The notes beneath the pieces were generated by a model. It searched no databases. It was not told the origin of the DNA and saw only the letters and a program-made list of their open reading frames with translations. A stretch of DNA of 64,000 nt from Solirubrobacterales bacterium (GTDB taxonomy: Bacteria > Actinomycetota > Thermoleophilia > Solirubrobacterales > 70-9): assembly GCA_035572835.1 (NCBI GenBank), contig DATNAG010000054.1, forward strand, positions 28,553-92,552, written 5' to 3'. Position 1 is the first letter of the stretch; each line of letters begins with the position of its first letter. Positions 61,099-64,000 of this stretch are shown piece after piece. Position numbers and translations under genes: made by a program.

Positions 61099-64000
61099 CG
61101 GCCTGCCCTCCCGCCGTGCTTGGCATCTCGCTTGTGATGGTGGTTTTTCTCGCTCTTGACGCAGCGAACCGTGCCATGGCGCCGGACCTTCTGGGTTCCC
61201 TTCCGGCAGGTGATTCTTTGCGGAGCGGGGTTGCCCGCACCGTCGAGGTTGCTGCTGGCGGGTCCGGGAATGGCAGAGGCCGCGGAACGCGCCCCATGAC
61301 AGCCGTCTCCTTCGCACGACGCAGGTGGCGCGGGCGGGGGCGGGAAGCCGCCTCCCTCCCGCGCGTCATAGACCTTGAAGACGGCGCCGTTTTGATCCTG
61401 AGGGACCAAGGAGTCGGCCGTAAAGATGAATACGTCGCGACCATCCATGCCGCTGCCGGCATAGGCAGAGTCGGTGGTCCCGCGGCCACTGGAGATCAGC
61501 GCCGCTGCACCGGAGGCGACCGTGTATTCGTACACATCGTTCTTCCCGTTGATGTCCTGCGGGACGATCGCATCGCGGGAGTTGAAGAAGACCCTGTCAC
61601 CATGCGTATCGGCGTTCGCCGAATACAACTTGTAGAACCCGCCTATGACCCCCGACGCCCCGCCTTCGTAAGTGAACAGAGAGGAGTCTGCCGTGGGCGG
61701 CGCGCCATCTGCTCGACAAGAGGCGCAGACGACGTCCCCTGAGGCTGGATCGTAGAGGTAGATCTCCATGAACCCGGCGTTGTCGTAGCCGGTCAGCGCC
61801 GCACGGGACTGGAACACCAGCTTGCTCCCGTCAGGGGTGAGACGGGCCTGTCTCGTCCTGGTTGAAGAGACGAGATCCCCTCCGGGGGCGCGGGTCCCGC
61901 TGAAGACCGGATCAGAGGGATCGAGCGTCGCCACAAAGTGGACTTCGCCGGCAGCGACCCGGAAGAGGTTCACTCCCCCGTCCACACCTCGTCCCGGTAC
62001 GATCTGCTCCGGCGAGACGAAATAAGCCTGCGATCCGTCGGCCGACTCGATTACCGGCAAGATGTCGCATTTCTGGTTGCCAGGGGTCGGTAGCGGAGCC
62101 GCGCAAGCATCGGAGTTGCCAGAAGGGCTACCCCCGCTCGGCGCCGAAATCAGCGTTGACTGGTGAGTCGAAGTGTCATACTGGTACAGGTCCCGACTGG
62201 TGTCGGTGTCATCCGCCGACAGCGACACCCGCGTCGTGAAGAAGACGAGGTGCCCGTCAGTGGAGATCGAATCCACCAAAAGATCGCCGGTCGGTTCATT
62301 TTCCGGAACCGGGCCAAATGCCCTCGTGGTCGTGTCGGAGTCGGCCGACCAGATATTCAACGTCCGGCCGGCTTCAGAGGTGAAGACGGCGGTCGAGCCG
62401 TCCGCAGAGAGGCCAGCGTAATCGAAGTTCAGCGTTATCGGCGTACCGGTCTCGTCTTTGCTGACAAGCTTCGTGGTTTGCCCATCGGTCCAGTAGAGGG
62501 TAGGGAAGGGAGGATCCGCGGGGGCGCCGGGCACCAGCTGACGAAAATCCGTGAAGAGCACCTTACTCAGATCCTTAGAAGCTCCGACGAAAACCGCCTC
62601 CTCTCCCGAAGCGGGAACGTGGACCGACCCACGGTTGACGCGTGTGATCGAACCGTCTTCGTCGAGGATGTGGAGGTCGCGGTATTTGAAAGCGTTGGTG
62701 ATGTCCGTTTCTGACGGTAGCGGAACCGGGTCATGATCCGGATCAGCGCTTACGTTGAAAGTGAGCCAAAGCAACCGGTCTGTGCCGGAGCTCGCAAATT
62801 GCAAGTCCGGTGGTCTCGAGGAGGCCAACTGATTCGGAATACCCACATATTCCGAATGCCATGACCCGCCACTTCTGACCGAGCGGTAGGTGTCGAACAG
62901 CCCGGCCGAACCGGGCACACCCGGCACGGGAGTGGTCGCTCGCCACAACACGGCGCTCCCATCGGCGGCCACCGCGCTCCACGGCGCTAGAAGTCGGTCA
63001 GCGGAATTGTCGAGCAGGGACCACGTCGAGACGGCCGCGTCCGGAGGAGAGGCCAGCTCGTAGGCTCGGCAGTCGGGCAACGCGGCGGAGGCACCGATCC
63101 GGTACTGGGCATTTGCGCAGGATTCGGGACCGGCAGGCACTGGCATGGTGATGGCCACGTCTTCACCCTGGATCGTCACGCCTGCGCCTTCGGCGACCAG
63201 GCGGAAGTGGTAGGTCGAGCCAGGGGCAAGCCCGGAGATCTGCCGGCTGACCAATTTGCTGACTCCGCCCGATCCGGCGGCGACGGGCTGGGTACTCTGC
63301 CCATAGGTTGCGGTCGGACCGTATTCGACCCACCAGGTGGTGGCGGAGTTGCGCGGATTGACGCGCCCGCCGAGGAGGGCGCTGGTCGCGCCGGCGAGGG
63401 GGAAGGCGGAAAGCGTGGTCACGCCCGGGGCGCCCGCCTGGGTAGTGAAGGAGACAGGACCGGCGGTGACTTCGCCGCCGCCGTCGTTCCTCGTCACCAA
63501 GGTGACTTCGTAGGTGCTGTTCGCTTCGAGGCGGACCGCGTCGGCCGTGACTTCGACCGAGGTCGAGCCCGCGGGGACTTCTTTTTCGTCTTCGGCACCC
63601 GGGCAGGAGATCGGCGCGCACTGGAAGTGATAGTGGACGGTGGAGATCGCCGGCGCCGGATTGCCGGGGGCGTTCGGGTTGATGTGACCGACCAGGTGCG
63701 CGGTAGTGTCGGTCGGCCCGGTGATCGGATCTAGCGTCACGGTCGGATTCGGAAGCGTTTCGGTGGTGAAGTCGGCGGTCCCGGCCGAGTGGATGTCTTC
63801 GTTTTCGGTGAAGTTGCGGGCCGTCAGACGCACTTTGTACGCGGTGCCGGGCCGCAGTCCTTCGAGGGTGCCTTGAACCGGTTCCCCGAACGACCCTCCG
63901 AGCCGCGGTTCCCAGTTCGCCCCGCCGTCGGTGGATACTTCGAAGACCCACGAGCCTTCTTCGCCTTCAGGGTTGACGGTGCCGGTGACATCCACCGTCG
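61095..64000 (-). CDS. Giant hypothetical protein, 5' end beyond window (>966 aa): Fn3-like repeats + PD40/TolB-like beta-propeller repeats + basic His/Lys tail
   Basis: Repeats such as GRVNPRNSATTWWVEYGPTATYGQST...ISGLAPGSTYHFRLVA (Fn3-like). Recurring DGS.(L/V)(V/L)F... and NGKNDVYEY / NGAVFKVYD motifs (PD40-like). Reading frame of ORF 61095..63995. Confidence 0.7.
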   Translation of the reverse strand, partial: TVDVTGTVNPEGEEGSWVFEVSTDGGANWEPRLGGSFGEPVQGTLEGLRPGTAYKVRLTARNFTENEDIHSAGTADFTTETLPNPTVTLDPITGPTDTTAHLVGHINPNAPGNPAPAISTVHYHFQCAPISCPGAEDEKEVPAGSTSVEVTADAVRLEANSTYEVTLVTRNDGGGEVTAGPVSFTTQAGAPGVTTLSAFPLAGATSALLGGRVNPRNSATTWWVEYGPTATYGQSTQPVAAGSGGVSKLVSRQISGLAPGSTYHFRLVAEGAGVTIQGEDVAITMPVPAGPESCANAQYRIGASAALPDCRAYELASPPDAAVSTWSLLDNSADRLLAPWSAVAADGSAVLWRATTPVPGVPGSAGLFDTYRSVRSGGSWHSEYVGIPNQLASSRPPDLQFASSGTDRLLWLTFNVSADPDHDPVPLPSETDITNAFKYRDLHILDEDGSITRVNRGSVHVPASGEEAVFVGASKDLSKVLFTDFRQLVPGAPADPPFPTLYWTDGQTTKLVSKDETGTPITLNFDYAGLSADGSTAVFTSEAGRTLNIWSADSDTTTRAFGPVPENEPTGDLLVDSISTDGHLVFFTTRVSLSADDTDTSRDLYQYDTSTHQSTLISAPSGGSPSGNSDACAAPLPTPGNQKCDILPVIESADGSQAYFVSPEQIVPGRGVDGGVNLFRVAAGEVHFVATLDPSDPVFSGTRAPGGDLVSSTRTRQARLTPDGSKLVFQSRAALTGYDNAGFMEIYLYDPASGDVVCASCRADGAPPTADSSLFTYEGGASGVIGGFYKLYSANADTHGDRVFFNSRDAIVPQDINGKNDVYEYTVASGAAALISSGRGTTDSAYAGSGMDGRDVFIFTADSLVPQDQNGAVFKVYDAREGGGFPPPPAPPASCEGDGCHGARSAASAIPGPASSNLDGAGNPAPQRITCRKGTQKVRRHGTVRCVKSEKNHHHKRDAKHGGRAGR

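Noticed and set aside
1-64000. Transposases, integrases, phage genes, toxin-antitoxin pairs, restriction-modification or other recognisable defence genes
   Set aside because: I scanned all supplied translations for DDE/HUH/tyrosine-recombinase, terminase/capsid, PIN/RelE/HipA and methylase/helicase-nuclease motifs. I found none, so the lower-G+C block cannot be called a mobile element from this window alone.

Overview
This is a high-G+C bacterial chromosomal segment. Hand counts of sample 60-nt lines give about 70% G+C up to ~56.3 kb and about 53-68% after that.

Gene content looks Actinomycetota-like: a fused PafBC-type WYL regulator, F420-type LLM and Ddn-like enzymes, and many GTG/TTG starts. 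There are nine 4-nt GTGA/ATGA start-stop overlaps and several very short or absent 5' leaders. Some secreted proteins resemble ones I associate with Thermoleophilia, but I cannot verify that.

Layout:
- (i) 1-23.4 kb is a cell-envelope glycan locus.
  - It starts with a partial Wzt/TagH-like ABC ATPase.
  - A dTDP-3-acetamido-3,6-dideoxyhexose module follows (FdtA-like isomerase, DegT-type aminotransferase, hexapeptide acetyltransferase).
  - A CDP-3,6-dideoxyhexose module (rfbF, rfbG, rfbH) is translationally abutted to a ThDP-dependent acetolactate-synthase-like enzyme (YerE-like).
  - The rest comprises two RfbE-like SDRs, two SAM methyltransferases, three GT2 enzymes (two of the polyprenyl-phosphate-sugar synthase type), four large polytopic membrane proteins, an aldo/keto reductase and an orphan Sfp-type PPTase.
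- (ii) 23.5-43.5 kb holds mixed genes.
  - Enzymes and regulators: a secreted clan GH-A glycosidase, a GlxA/DJ-1 pair, DoxX, a penicillin/AHL-acylase-family Ntn hydrolase, an MBL hydrolase and a fused PafBC-like regulator.
  - Next come two tandem paralogous small membrane proteins, a GST and a YhaM-like HD nuclease.
  - A fluoride locus follows (riboswitch, two crcB genes, a triplicated DUF190 protein).
  - The block ends with a GGDEF protein, TetR plus MFS, and an LLM oxidoreductase.
- (iii) 43.9-54.2 kb is a divergent uptake/catabolic locus. One arm has a class III aminotransferase plus a family-5 SBP / Opp-Dpp-type ABC system. The other arm has a split transketolase, a class II aldolase and a PfkB kinase.
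- (iv) 54.2-56.3 kb carries a cyclase-family protein, a Ddn-like protein and an SRPBCC protein.
- (v) From 56.35 kb there is a tRNA-like 3' fragment, then lower-G+C DNA. That DNA carries a small secreted Cys-rich protein and two translationally coupled giant secreted proteins.

The most unusual non-coding signal is a family of ~200-nt structured elements downstream of convergent genes (20.1-20.6 kb and 43.5-43.9 kb). They share an identical 13-nt hairpin loop on stems of different, compensating sequence, and they end at AT-cored palindromes.

I recognised no rRNA, intact tRNA, CRISPR array, transposase or integrase. All functional calls rest on motifs I recognised by eye in the supplied translations. 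No database search or folding program was available.
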